A DNA stretch of 64,000 nt from Nitrospirota bacterium (GCA_963845245.1 CAWJRJ010000014.1:1-64000), one strand, 5' to 3'. Counted from the first letter of the stretch, positions 1 to 10,665 are shown. The notes: generated by a model not told the origin, from the sequence alone. Numbers and translations: made by a program.

Positions 1-76
1 CGCCCAGCGCGGCGTAAGGCTGGCTCTTGTGGGCAGGCCCGGTATATCCTTTAGGTGAGGACCGGGCACGCGCCGC

Positions 77-753
77 ATGAAACCATTCCACACCACTCAA
101 ACGACTCTTCCCCTGGCTGGTCCGAAAGCCGCGCACGTTCGCGCTCGTCGGCAAGAGCGGCACGGGCAAGAGCTTCAAGGCGCGCCAGGTGGCGCGCAGG
201 TTCCGCATCGACCTGATCATCGACGACGGCCTTCTCATCCGGGGCCAGAAGATCATCGCCGGCAGGTCGGCAAAGAGGGAAAAAGGGATCCTCAGCGCCA
301 TCAAGACCGCGGTGTTCGCCAACGCCGACCAGATCGAGGAGGTGCGCCGCGCCCTCGACGAGCAGAGCTACAGCCGGGTGCTCGTGATCGGCACGTCGCG
401 GAAGATGATCCAGCGGATCGCCTCCACCCTCGGCCTGCTGCCCCTTCACCGGGTCATCAGCATCGAGGAGGTGTCCACGCGGGAGGAGATCGCGCGGGCG
501 CTGAAGATCCGCGCCGAGCAGGGCAAGCACATCATCCCCGTCCCGGGCGTCGAGATCAAGCGCAACTACCCGCACATCTTCTTCGAGTCGGTGAAGATCC
601 TGCTGAAGGGCAAGCGAGGGCCTGCGCAAGGGCGAGGAGGAGATCGTGGAGAAGACCGTGGTGCGCCCGGAGTACGGCGGAGCAGGTCCCGCGAAGCCGC
701 GCGCGGACGCTCCGGCGTCGACCAGGATCGCGCGGGAACCAAAAATTATTTGA
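77..753 (+). CDS. P-loop ATP-binding protein (frameshifted near both ends; high-GC foreign fragment)
   Basis: Frame upstream of ORF 189..773 reads FALVGKSGTGKSFKARQVARRFRIDLIIDDGLLI (Walker A followed by IIDDG); apparent indels near 100 and 620. Confidence 0.65.
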
Positions 754-799
754 CAGCCGCGAAGGCGCGCTGAATATGATCGATGAGGAGGAGGATCGT

Positions 800-2003
800 A
801 TGCGGAAAACCCTCGTTGCTCGCGTCTCTTGTGTGCGTATCGCTCCTCGCTTTCGCGCAGGATGCGCCGCAGCAGTTCACGCGCGGAGACCGACCACTAC
901 CGCGTGTTCGCCGAGACGAGCCAGGCCCAGGCGGACGACGTCGCCCAGCGGATGGAGGCCGCCCTCGCCCTCTACAACGGCATCTTCCACTTCGACCTCT
1001 CCCCGCTCCCCGCGAAGTTCCGGGTCAGGCTCTTCAAGGACCTCGACAGCTTCAACGCCTATCCTCGACAAGCGTGCTCTCCCAGAAGCGCACGGATTTC
1101 GTCTTCGTCGCCTGGTCGGATCCCGAGAGGTCGGAGCTCCTCTGCTTCCCCAAGGAGGACAAGGCGTTCACCGCGTCCCTCCTCCACCAGGGGTGCATCC
1201 AGTTCATCAAGGGCTTCATCGACAACCCTCCCGTGTGGCTGCGGGAAGGGGTGGCCACGTACCTCGACGCCTCCACGTGGGATCCCGCCACGGGCACGTT
1301 CACCGTCCGAAGCAGAACCTCGCGTGGCTGGACGGCCTGAAGGCGATCATCCGCGGCGAGAGGCCCGAGCAAGCTGATCCCGTTCTCGGACCTCCTCACT
1401 CTCACCGGGAGAAGGCGCAGGGGCAGCAGAAGGAGTGTTCTGCCCCGCAGTCCTGGGGCTGGTGCAGTTCCTGCTGCTCCTCCCGGCAGGAGTACAGCCG
1501 GATCGTGTGGGACTCGGTCAGCGCGCTCGACCCCCGGGCCACCCTGGACGACAACTCGCACGAAGGCGCGAAAGCGGGCCTTCTCCTGGGTGCCGGACGA
1601 GAAGCTGCAGCAGGATTTCCAGAGCATATCATGCTTCCCTGAAGACGGCCACCGACCTGGTGCAGGACGGCATCGACCAGTACGCCAAGGGAGACCTCGC
1701 GAACGCGGAAGCGTCCTTCACGAAGCCGTGGGCTCGAGCCGGACTCCAGCAGCACCGCCTGGTACTACCTCGGGCTGATCGCCTACTCCCGCAAGGACTA
1801 CGCAAAGGCGGAGGAGCAGTACCTGAAGGCGTTCCAGCTCGGCGCCAACGCCGCCATCATCAACTACGCCCTCGGCGTGAACTCTTTGCGGCGGGAAAGA
1901 GCGCGGATGCCACGAAGTATCTCACCTTCGCCAAGCAGCGGACCCGGCAGCCTACGGCGACAAGGTGGACGCGCTGCTGAAGAGGATGGCGGCCGCGAAG
2001 TAG
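800..2003 (+). CDS. Secreted protein with C-terminal TPR repeats (multiple frameshifts)
   Basis: RBS GAGGAGG before ATG 800; signal-like LASLVCVSLLAFAQ; pieces across frames include PPVWLREGVATY and TPR-like AWYYLGLIAYSRKDYAKAEEQYLKAFQL; stop TAG 2001-2003. Confidence 0.55.
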
Positions 2004-2157
2004 CGGCCGCTTTCCGCCTGCCAGGCTTGGCCGTGGCACGCTGACCGGCCCCATGGTCCTGCCCGACGCCGCGGCCCCGCCTCCTGCCACGTTTCCTGCT
2101 TCCTCCGCCTTCGGCGTTGACGCCGGCGGCGAACGGGACCGCCGGCGACCCCTCCCG

Positions 2158-2870
2158 TCACCGGGCGGCGCCTTGCTGTCCACGCGGTTCGTGAGGGCTG
2201 CTCGGACGGCGGGCGCGTATCTCCTCCTCGAGGCTTTCCGCCGCCTCTCCAAGGTCCCTCTTGGACGGGAAAAGCGGCTCCGACACAGTGCGAAGGTACT
2301 GCTGGATCAGGAACTTGGCCTCAGGGTCCCGCAAGAGGTCTTCTTGGGCAGCAACAAGGTCCCGGAACAAGAAGCCGAACATCGCGGTTCGGGGGAGCAA
2401 CCGACCCTCCGCGTATTCCGCGTCCAGCCTTCGAAGCCTCTCCCCGAGGGGGGCAACGGCAAGCTTCACCCTTTTCTCCCGCAAGCCCGACGCGATGGCC
2501 GGGAATATCGTCTCGAATAAGTGCAGCCGGAACCCCAGCTCGAAGATGCCCGCCGCGCCGCCTGAGGTCAGGACCTTGTACATCTCCTCTGTTACCCGCT
2601 CACGGGAGCAGTTGAGAAGAGAGGCGCGGCAGCGGCGGATCAGGAGGGACATTGAGAACGGCACGGGGAACTGCATGAGGGCGGCGTACTTCACCGCGCG
2701 GATCATGCGCACGGGTCTTCGCTGAAGGAGGCCTCCGCGGGGATGAGCGTGCGCAGCTTGCGCTGCCGGATATCGGCGTACCCTCCCACGTAGTCGATGA
2801 CCTGCCGGTCGAGCGGGCAGTAGTACAGGGCGTTGACGGTGAAATCCCGCGCTCGGCGTCCTCTTCGCCG
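2158..2870 (-). CDS. pcnB: Poly(A) polymerase / polynucleotide adenylyltransferase PcnB, C-terminal part only
   Basis: Across frames: RDFTVNALYY, IDYVGG, DPVRMIRAVKY, RERVTEEMYK; 5' part lost at the junction near 2870. Confidence 0.75.
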
Positions 2871-3047
2871 CAGCCCTCGCCACCCGGCTCTGCACGGCCT
2901 TCAACGCGCTGGAGTGAGCCCGGCGGCCGCCGGCCCGCCACCCGCACCACCGGATTGCGATGGTTGCCGACGGCCGTCCGCTCAAGGCGTCTAGGATCTG
3001 TGGCGAGCGCGGCATCCGAGCCGAGCCGGACGCGAAGGAGTTCACCT

Positions 3048-3300
3048 ATGGCTGACTGGGCCGCCGACGTCAAGATCTACCGCCCCGACGCTGATGATGC
3101 GGCGTATCTGAGGGTCTGCTCAAGACCTACCGGCTCGTGATGAGCGACCGGGATTCGACGTACGTCGCGTTCTCCGACCCGACCGAGGTCGAGACCGTGA
3201 AGACCAACTTCCTCAAGAAGAAGCTCGGCCTCACCGAATCGGACGCCGTACTCGACGCCGCGCGACGGTGCTCAAGGAGACCATGAAGGCGGACCATGAA
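3048..3300 (+). CDS. DUF2853-family protein fragment
   Basis: RBS AAGGAG + ATG; MADWAADVKIY..DADDA then, after a frameshift, VAFSDPTEVETVKTNFLKKKLGLTESDAVLDAA..MKADH; truncated at ~3300. Confidence 0.65.
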
Positions 3301-3645
3301 GAGTGTCTCTGGCCATCTCGAAAGGACGTCAGTTTCCTCTTTCAGGTAGCACTTGGAGTTATGGTTGGTGCTGCTTTCCAACCAGCTATGTTGCCGCATC
3401 TCAAAAAACTGTATATTCCTATTCTCACCTCGACCGTTACCCTGGTGGGAGTTGGGTTGATTCTTTCAATTGTATTTACCCGACTTCAGATCCTGGATGG
3501 CCCCACAGCCTACCTTGGCACTAGTCCCGGTGCGATGAGTGGTATTCTTGTCCTGGCTTTCGAAGGCGACGCCAACCTGCCCATTGTGGTCAGTTTCCAC
3601 TTTTTCCGGGTGGTATTTGTTCTTCTCACTGCGCCTCTATCTTAA
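3301..3645 (+). CDS. AbrB-family (putative ammonia monooxygenase-like) membrane protein, C-terminal fragment
   Basis: QVALGVMVG...TAYLGTSPGAMSGILVLA..ANLPIVVSFHFFRVVFVLL; abrupt GC drop at ~3300; no own start. Confidence 0.7.
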   Translation, partial: ECLWPSRKDVSFLFQVALGVMVGAAFQPAMLPHLKKLYIPILTSTVTLVGVGLILSIVFTRLQILDGPTAYLGTSPGAMSGILVLAFEGDANLPIVVSFHFFRVVFVLLTAPLS

Positions 3646-4756
3646 AATTAGTATCAATGGTAAAGTGAGTTCCAGCTTTTATTACCGGCACTTTTTTCAG
3701 CTTCTCGATCTCGTCATAGATGGCCTTTTCCACCTCTTCAGAAGTCTTCCCGGGCATGACTCCTGCGGAGAATGTAAATGTCTCCGGGTCCTTGGCTACC
3801 GAGTCGTAACCTGCGCCCGCATACTGGGCGATCTGTTTGTCGTATACGAGGCTTTTGTAGAGCCGCGCGCTCTTGCCGCCAGACAATATCATTTCAACCA
3901 TGTCCAGGGCAAAATTGTCCGGGTGGGTTGCGGTGGGCGTGTGGTAAAGCGCGTAGACGGTTGGGAGCTGGGCCTCCTTCTTTAGGGTTACCCTGCGTTC
4001 GCCCTTCTGCTCCGGTTCGACCACGACAACCTTCGGCGGCTCAGGGCCTTTCTTTATCGGCCCAAAGTATTTTTTAATTTCGGATATCATCTTTTCCGAA
4101 TCGATGTCCCCGACGATTACTATAGTCGCGTTGTTGGGCTCGTAGAACAGGTTGTAATGTTTTCTTACGTCCTCGATCGTGTAGTTCTGTATATCCGTCA
4201 TAAAGCCGATAACGGGCCAGTGGTATGGGTGCGCCACGAACGCTGCCGCCTGGGTCTCTTCGCCCAGCGCCGACTCAGGGTCGTTGTCGGTGCGCATACG
4301 GCGTTCTTCCGCGACTACGTTCCTTTCGTTCAGGAACTCCTTTTCGTTCAGTAGAAGGCCCTTCATCCTGTCGGACTCAAGGTCCAGCGAAAGCCATATC
4401 CTGTCGGAGGAGAAGGTCTGGAAGTAGGCGGTGTAGTCCTGGCTGGTGAAGGCGTTGTCGCTTCCGCCGTACCTCTGCACGGTCTGCGAGAAGGTCTTTG
4501 GGCCGTATTTCTTCGTGCCGCGGAACATCATGTGCTCCAGCATGTGCGATATGCCGGCCTTGTCGTACGGCTCGTAGCGCGAGCCGACCTTGTACCATAT
4601 CTGGAATACGGCCACCGGGGCCTTGTGCTCCTCAAGGAGCAGCACCTTCAGCCCGTTGTCGAGGGTGTACTCCTTGACGTTCTCGAAACCCGCCCCGAAG
4701 GCGGGTGCTGAGGATACAAGGATGATAAAGGAAAGGGCGAATAATAATTTTCTCAT
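3626..4756 (-). CDS. M16 (pitrilysin/insulinase) zinc peptidase with signal peptide, C-terminus cut at junction ~3685
   Basis: HMLEH inverted zinc motif, NAFTSQDYTAY, ERNVVAEERR; the last ~18 aa do not look like M16. Confidence 0.9.
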   Translation of the reverse strand: MRKLLFALSFIILVSSAPAFGAGFENVKEYTLDNGLKVLLLEEHKAPVAVFQIWYKVGSRYEPYDKAGISHMLEHMMFRGTKKYGPKTFSQTVQRYGGSDNAFTSQDYTAYFQTFSSDRIWLSLDLESDRMKGLLLNEKEFLNERNVVAEERRMRTDNDPESALGEETQAAAFVAHPYHWPVIGFMTDIQNYTIEDVRKHYNLFYEPNNATIVIVGDIDSEKMISEIKKYFGPIKKGPEPPKVVVVEPEQKGERRVTLKKEAQLPTVYALYHTPTATHPDNFALDMVEMILSGGKSARLYKSLVYDKQIAQYAGAGYDSVAKDPETFTFSAGVMPGKTSEEVEKAIYDEIEKLKKVPVIKAGTHFTIDTNFKIEAQ

Positions 4757-5604
4757 TCTGGGCCACCTGTTGGTTTGTTGGTCAATACTTCTTCGTAGAC
4801 CCGCTTCTTTGGCACTCCACGCAGCTTTGCCACCATCTCCATGGCGTCTTTTTTTGTAATACCTTCCTCGCGCACCAGCTTGGCGACATGGTCGGAAAGG
4901 GAAAGGACCGAAAGCTCCGGGTCGTCCCCGGTCTTGCCCTCGACCACGAGTGTTATCTCACCCTTTACGGAGCGGTTCGACAATGAATCAATTATATCAT
5001 TAATTTTTCCGCGCAAGACCTCTTCGTGTATTTTTGTTATCTCTCTCGCAAGCACTATGCGCCTGTCGCCCAGGACGTCTCGCATGTCGCCCAGCGTCTC
5101 AAGTATCCTGTGCGGGGCCTCGTACAGGATGATCGTGCGCGGTTCATCCGACAAAGCCTTCAATTTTGAAGTTCTTTTGCCCTTCTTTGGGGGCAGGAAA
5201 CCCTCGAACACGAATGAGTCGGTCGGCAGGCCTGAGACGGAAAGTGCAGATAGTGCGGCGGTCGCACCAGGGATGGGTACTACTCTTATTCCTTCTTCGA
5301 TAGCCCGGTTGATAATGTAGTAGCCCGGGTCCGATATGCCGGGGGTACCGGCATCCGAGACCAGCGCCACGTCCCCGCCTTCCTTAAGGCGTGCGACCAG
5401 CACCTCGGCCTTCTGCTCTTTGTTGTGGTCGTGATAGCTGGTAAGCGGTCTGGCTATGCTGAAATGGGTGAGCAGTTTCTGTGTGTGGCGCGTGTCTTCC
5501 GCTGCTATCAGGGAAACTTCGCCCAGGATGCGGAGCGCCCGGAGCGTTATGTCTTCGAGGTTGCCTATGGGAGTTGCGACGATGTAGAGGGAGCCTGAGG
5601 GCAT
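4753..5604 (-). CDS. rsmI: 16S rRNA (C1402-2'-O)-methyltransferase
   Basis: LYIVATPIGNLEDITLRAL, AAEDTR, VSDAGTPGISDPG, REITKIHEE. Confidence 0.97.
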   Translation of the reverse strand: MPSGSLYIVATPIGNLEDITLRALRILGEVSLIAAEDTRHTQKLLTHFSIARPLTSYHDHNKEQKAEVLVARLKEGGDVALVSDAGTPGISDPGYYIINRAIEEGIRVVPIPGATAALSALSVSGLPTDSFVFEGFLPPKKGKRTSKLKALSDEPRTIILYEAPHRILETLGDMRDVLGDRRIVLAREITKIHEEVLRGKINDIIDSLSNRSVKGEITLVVEGKTGDDPELSVLSLSDHVAKLVREEGITKKDAMEMVAKLRGVPKKRVYEEVLTNKPTGGPE

Positions 5605-7335
5605 CAGAAGCTTTTATACCGGTTTGTTATCGGGAAACGCCTGTCCTTGCCCAGGCCGCGCGTGGTTATCTTTATGCCGGGAGGGGACTGCCTGCGCTTG
5701 TATTCGCTGCAGTCCACGAGCTTTATCACCCGTTTTACGGCATCCTTGTCAAAACCCATCGCGACCATCTCCTCGTAGCCCCGGTCGTCCTCGACGTACG
5801 CCTTCAGGATCGGGTCGAGGATGTCATAGGGCGGGAGGGAGTCGGAGTCTTTCTGCCCGGGCGCAAGCTCGGCCGACGGCTCTTTGGTGATAACCCTCTG
5901 CGGGATTATCTCACGTCCTGCCATCGTCGTTTATGTGCTTGGAGAGCTCGTATACCATCGTCTTTGGCACGTCCTTTATCACGGCAAAGCCGCCGGCCAT
6001 GTCGCCGTAGAGCGTGGCGTAGCCTGTAGACATCTCGCTCTTGTTGCCGGTTGTCAGCACCAGCCACCCGAACTTGTTCGAGAGCGACATCAGGAGGTTG
6101 CCGCGCAGGCGCGCCTGCAGGTTCTCCTCGGTCACGTCCGGCTTAAGGTTACCAAAGGATTCCTTCAGGCTTGACATTATGCTCTCATATGCAGTTGCAA
6201 TCGGGATCTCGATCAGCTTTATGCCGAGGTTCTCGGCAAGCGCGCGCGCATCCTGGGCGCTTTCCTTCGAGGTGTACTTGAACGGGAAGAATGTGCCGAC
6301 TACGTGCTCCTTACCGAGCGCCTCAACCGCCACCGCCGCAACGAGTGACGAGTCTATGCCGCCGGAGAGCGAGACGACGGCCTTCTTGAACCCGTTCTTG
6401 AAAGTGTAGTCGTGGGTACCGGTGACCAGCGCCCGGAACACCTCCTCCATTACGTCGAAGGGTTCGGTTATTTTTGCAGGCGCGAGCTTCTTCTTTCTGC
6501 CGGGGGCCTTTGCAGGTAGTGGTATAGTCTTTATGGTGCAGCCGCTGTGGGCTAGACGCTCCTGGCGGTTCCTCGGGTCGAGCAGCCTGCCGTGGAACAC
6601 GCCGTCGACGTCCAGGTCGACAAGCACGAGCGCTTCGGCGAACTGGGGCCCTTGCGCGACCATCTTCCCCTTTTCGTCGAACACCATGCTGTGGCCGTCG
6701 AATACGAGCTCGTCCTGTCCGCCAACCATGTTGGTATATGCTATGATGGCCACGTTGTCCGAGGCCCTGGTTGTGAGCATGTGCCTGCGGAACTTCCACT
6801 TCCCCTTGTGGTAGGGAGATGCGTTGATGTTTATTATAACTTCAGCCCCGGATAGCGCCTGGGAGCGGGCCGGCCCGTCCGGGTACCATATGTCTTCGCA
6901 GATGTTGACACCTACCTTGACGCCGCCTATGGTATAGATCGAATACCCTTTGCCTGCCTGAAAATACCTGTATTCGTCGAAGACCCCATAGTTCGGGAGG
7001 TGCGCCTTGTGGTAGACGTCGATGAGCCTGCCGTCTGATATTATAGCGGCGGCGTTGTATATGTCGTCCACCTTGTCAACGAAGCCGACGATGGATGTGA
7101 TGCCTTCGGATGCCGCTATTATCTCCTTGAGGACCTTAAGGTTGTCCTCGATGAAGCGCGGCTTTAAAAGCAGGTCCTCAGGCGGGTATCCGGTGACGGC
7201 AAGCTCCGGGAAGGCTACGATGTCTGCGCCCACGGCTTTTGCCTGGTCGATGAATCCGGTTATCCTGTCCCTGTTCCCTTGCAGGTCTCCTACGGTGCAG
7301 TTGACCTGTGCGAGCGCAAGACGGAGTGTCCTCAT
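5604..7335 (-). CDS. nadE: Glutamine-dependent NAD+ synthetase (frameshift ~5915 joining ORFs 5911..7335 and 5604..5924)
   Basis: Nitrilase domain ([19 protein letters not shown]), SGGIDS PP-loop, TTGNKSE, C-terminal [11 protein letters not shown] and EYKRRQ. Confidence 0.95.
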
Positions 7336-7907
7336 TTCTTTTTTCTCTTTATGGGTTTTGACGTCTTCATCTTCTGTACTTTTGCAATTATCTTGTTTAT
7401 ATCGTTGGTCCGTTTCGGATCAAGCTGGGATATTTTTCTGAACTTCTCTATCGCCTCGTCATATTTCCCGAGTTCGACCAGCGAAAGGCCCCATGACTCA
7501 TAGGCAGGCGGGAATTTAGGCTCAAGTTCTACGGTCTTTTTGAATTTCTCGGATGCCCCTGCGTAGTCTTTCATGCTGCCAAGGGCCAGGCCCCAGTTGT
7601 AATACGCCTTTGCCATCTTTGGGTCAAGTTCTACGGCCTTACGGAACTTTCCGGTTGCCTCCTTGTGTTTCCCGAGCTTTGTCAGGCAGAGCCCCCAGCC
7701 GTTGTAGGCCGGTGCGTACGTAGGCTCCATTTCCGCAACCTTTTTAAAGTCGTTCAGTGCATCCTTGAAATTGCCATGGCTGCCCGCCGCGATCGCCTTC
7801 TCGTAGATTGCTTTTGCTTTCGCCGATTTTGGAGTTGGCGCGTTTGCGGCAAAGGAGGCTGATACCATAACCAAAAGCATTAAAACAGCAAATAATATTT
7901 TTTTCAA
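7332..7907 (-). CDS. Secreted TPR repeat protein
   Basis: RBS GAGGAG + TTG 7907; signal peptide; about 4 TPRs (AYNGWGLCL, AYYNWGLAL, AYESWGLSL). Confidence 0.85.
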   Translation of the reverse strand: MKKILFAVLMLLVMVSASFAANAPTPKSAKAKAIYEKAIAAGSHGNFKDALNDFKKVAEMEPTYAPAYNGWGLCLTKLGKHKEATGKFRKAVELDPKMAKAYYNWGLALGSMKDYAGASEKFKKTVELEPKFPPAYESWGLSLVELGKYDEAIEKFRKISQLDPKRTNDINKIIAKVQKMKTSKPIKRKKK

Positions 7908-7923
7908 AAAACTCTCCTCTCTT

Positions 7924-8610
7924 TTACCAGGGAATTGGCGGTGACGGGATATCGGGAACATAGGGTTCCGGGGGCGACGGGTAATCAGGGCGAGGCGGTT
8001 CAGGGTCTGCATATGATTCGGCAGGCGGCTGGAGGCCCGACATCCGTTTGTATCCCTTTGGTACCTCGAAAAGCTCCGGGTCCTGTCTGCCCTTCTTTAT
8101 GTCTTTGAATGTGTAGCTCCAGGAGCCGTCCAAGGCCTCTGCCTTGACTGCCCAGCCCAGGTCGGTTGCAGTCCAGGAATATATACTGTCCTTTTTGCCG
8201 TCGTCCTTTCTGAAGGTTACTTTTTCCTTTATTGTCGGGTGGCCGTCGACGGTATCCTTGCCGATGCGTTCTCTCTTTATTATATTGCCCGGTTCCTGTA
8301 TGAGGGGGTTCTGCTTTTCGTTGTCGAGAGACATCTCCATATACATCTCTTCCGACGTCATCAGCATCCAGACCACTTCCTTGTCGAGCCGGGATATTAT
8401 GACGCTCTTCTCATCCGAGCCAGGGTCTCGCATCTCCATACGCTGTTTTTTCGGGGTATAGAATAGATTTGCGTTAGAAGTATTGCCGTCATTCTTCATG
8501 ATTATTGTCGCCGAGAACTCAGACGGCTGAGCTGCTGCGGCCATGGCAGGCAGTGTGATCAATGAGATAACGATTGCCGCAAATGCGGCAGACAAGGCCC
8601 GTAAAACCAT
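7924..8610 (-). CDS. Secreted DUF4412-like protein with Pro-rich C-terminal tail
   Basis: RBS GAGGAGG + ATG 8610; signal peptide; ISRLDKEVVWML, GKDTVDGHP, ELFEVPKGY. Confidence 0.75.
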   Translation of the reverse strand: MVLRALSAAFAAIVISLITLPAMAAAAQPSEFSATIIMKNDGNTSNANLFYTPKKQRMEMRDPGSDEKSVIISRLDKEVVWMLMTSEEMYMEMSLDNEKQNPLIQEPGNIIKRERIGKDTVDGHPTIKEKVTFRKDDGKKDSIYSWTATDLGWAVKAEALDGSWSYTFKDIKKGRQDPELFEVPKGYKRMSGLQPPAESYADPEPPRPDYPSPPEPYVPDIPSPPIPW

Positions 8611-8642
8611 AATGCTCCTCCTCTTGGGAACCAATTACGGCG

Positions 8643-9803
8643 TCAGCTTTCTTTACGTGTCATGGAATCAAGTATATCCCTGAAAGGCCGGCCGGACTTC
8701 ATTGCGGCAGCCTTAACGTCCTCATACTCCGGTACGGCCTTTACCGTTTTGCCGCCTATCACGCCAGCCTTAACAGAGACCTTGCCGTATTTCGAGCTGA
8801 CCTCTTTAAATTCACGGGCAAGCTTCCTACGGCTTGCCTCATATATCCTGACCCCGAACGTGGTCGTCTCCATCATTATTATATCCACCAGGGAGGAGGT
8901 CTTGGATGAGTCGGCTATGGCCGACAGGGTGACGCCCGGCCTGGACTTCTTCATCACGATCGGGGTGAGCCAGACGTCGACCGCACCTGCCGCAAACAGG
9001 CGCTCCATTACATATCCATAGATACGCGGGTCCATGTCGTCAATGTTGGTCTCGATGATGTTTACAGTGTCCAGTTCGTACGACCCTGCGGATTTCCCTA
9101 TGAACACCCGCAGCATGTTCGGTATTTCATGAAGTTCCCTGTCTCCCGCCCCGTAGCCTATCTTCTCAGTAGCAATGTTGGGCATCGGCCCTGAGCCTTT
9201 GGCCAGAGTTGTCATCAACGCGGCACCGGTCGGGGTGGTAAGCTCCGCTTTTATCTCCGACGCATACGCGGGGAAACCCTTTATCAACGCAGCGGTTGCC
9301 GGCGCCGGCACCGGGAATGTCCCGTGAGAGAACTTTACAGTGCCTGAACCGAGGTTCAAGGGAGAGGACATTACGTCCTCTATGCCCATCATCTCAAGCG
9401 CGATTGTGGAGCCTACGATGTCGATTATCGAATCCACTGCGCCTACCTCGTGGAAGTGTACCTTTTCGACAGCTACGCCGTGCGCCTTGGACTCGGCTTC
9501 GCCGAGACGCTTGAATACCCGCAGGCTCTTTTCTTTTGCGGCAGTCGATATCTTTGATTTGCCTATAAGCCGCTCGATCTCGGCCAGATGCCTCACAGGC
9601 TGGGGCTGTGTCACTTTTATCGTGACCTTCGTCCCGGCGAGCCCGGCGCGTTTCACCTTCTTCTTTGAGATGTCATACCCGCTCAGGCCCAGCTTCTCGA
9701 CCTCACCAAGCCATGCCTTAAAGTCGAGCCCGGCGTCCGCCAGCGCCCCAAGCACCATGTCTCCGGATATCCCGCAAAAACAATCAAAATAAACTATTTT
9801 CAA
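8643..9803 (-). CDS. larC: Nickel-pincer cofactor biosynthesis nickel insertase LarC
   Basis: YFDCFCGISGDM, VHFHEVGAVDSIIDIVG, PVPAPAT, ELTTPTGAA, IETNIDD, MKKSRPG, PEYED. Confidence 0.95.
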   Translation of the reverse strand: MKIVYFDCFCGISGDMVLGALADAGLDFKAWLGEVEKLGLSGYDISKKKVKRAGLAGTKVTIKVTQPQPVRHLAEIERLIGKSKISTAAKEKSLRVFKRLGEAESKAHGVAVEKVHFHEVGAVDSIIDIVGSTIALEMMGIEDVMSSPLNLGSGTVKFSHGTFPVPAPATAALIKGFPAYASEIKAELTTPTGAALMTTLAKGSGPMPNIATEKIGYGAGDRELHEIPNMLRVFIGKSAGSYELDTVNIIETNIDDMDPRIYGYVMERLFAAGAVDVWLTPIVMKKSRPGVTLSAIADSSKTSSLVDIIMMETTTFGVRIYEASRRKLAREFKEVSSKYGKVSVKAGVIGGKTVKAVPEYEDVKAAAMKSGRPFRDILDSMTRKES

Positions 9804-9818
9804 GAAATTTCATCCTGC

Positions 9819-9852
9819 CTGCCTTTCTTGAAAGAAAGGTAGTGCCAAAGAA
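9819..9852 (-). repeat. Intergenic hairpin repeat, type 2
   Basis: Minus strand TTCTTTGGCA-CTACCTTTCTT-TC-AAGAAAGGCAG; similar to 15110..15142. Confidence 0.55.
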
Positions 9853-9861
9853 TTTTTAACT

Positions 9862-9906
9862 GGCTTTTCTTTGGTACGTTCTTTTCACCTGAAAAGAACG
9901 TACGGT
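9862..9906 (-). repeat. Intergenic hairpin repeat, type 1 (after larB stop)
   Basis: Minus strand ACC-GTACGTTCTTTTC-AGGT-GAAAAGAACGTAC-CAAAGAAAAGCC; 37 of 42 nt identical to 56219..56260 when both are read on their coding strand. Confidence 0.8.
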
Positions 9907-10665
9907 CTATTCCTTTTCGCCCATCAGGTTTATCTTGTGCGCCATGCAGCCAGCGCCGAACCCGTTGTCTATGTTTACGACCGCGATGCCGGGCGCGCAT
10001 GAGTTCAGCATTGTAAGGAGCGCGGCTATTCCGCCGAAAGAGGCCCCGTATCCGACCGAGGTGGGCACCGCAATGACGGGCTTGTCCACCAGCCCGCCCA
10101 CGACGGACGGGAGCGCGCCGTCCATTCCCGCGACTACCACTATAACCCGCGCCGAATAGAGCGTGTCCTTTCTGCTGAAAAGGCGGTGGATGCCAGAGAC
10201 ACCGACGTCGTACATCGTCTCGACCCGGCTTCCCATCGCCCGCGCGGTGACGGCCGCCTCTTCGCCCACCGGTATGTCGGTGGTCCCTGCCGTGACGACA
10301 AGCACCGTGCCCTCGGTTGGTTTCTTTTTCTTGTGTTCTATGACTACAGTCCGGGCTGACTCGTTATAAACTGCCCGCTTGTCGAGCGCCTTCAGGGATT
10401 TATATACATCCTTATCCGCCCTTGTTGCAAGCACGTCGGCGCCCTGTTCTATCATTTTCTGGGCGATAGCGCGCACCTGCGGGACTGTCTTTCCCTCGCA
10501 GTATATGACCTCGGGCGCGCCCTGCCTGAGGTGCCTGTGGTGGTCCACCACGGCGAACTCGATGTCCTCGAACGGCAGGTGCCTGAGTGCGGTCATGGCA
10601 TCTTTTACGTCAACCTTGCCGGAACGCACTTCTGAGAGGAGCTTTTTGAGGCTGTCCGTATTCAT
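9907..10665 (-). CDS. larB: Nickel-pincer cofactor biosynthesis carboxylase/hydrolase LarB
   Basis: [74 protein letters not shown]. Confidence 0.96.
   Translation of the reverse strand: MNTDSLKKLLSEVRSGKVDVKDAMTALRHLPFEDIEFAVVDHHRHLRQGAPEVIYCEGKTVPQVRAIAQKMIEQGADVLATRADKDVYKSLKALDKRAVYNESARTVVIEHKKKKPTEGTVLVVTAGTTDIPVGEEAAVTARAMGSRVETMYDVGVSGIHRLFSRKDTLYSARVIVVVAGMDGALPSVVGGLVDKPVIAVPTSVGYGASFGGIAALLTMLNSCAPGIAVVNIDNGFGAGCMAHKINLMGEKE

Noticed and set aside
3268..3645. Apparent DUF2853-AbrB fusion ORF
   Set aside because: It spans a sharp composition break at ~3300 and is most likely a chimeric junction.
9803..9907. CRISPR array, or the 66-aa ORF 9800..10000
   Set aside because: No regularly spaced direct repeats with unique spacers and no cas genes; the ORF overlaps larB and runs through the hairpins.
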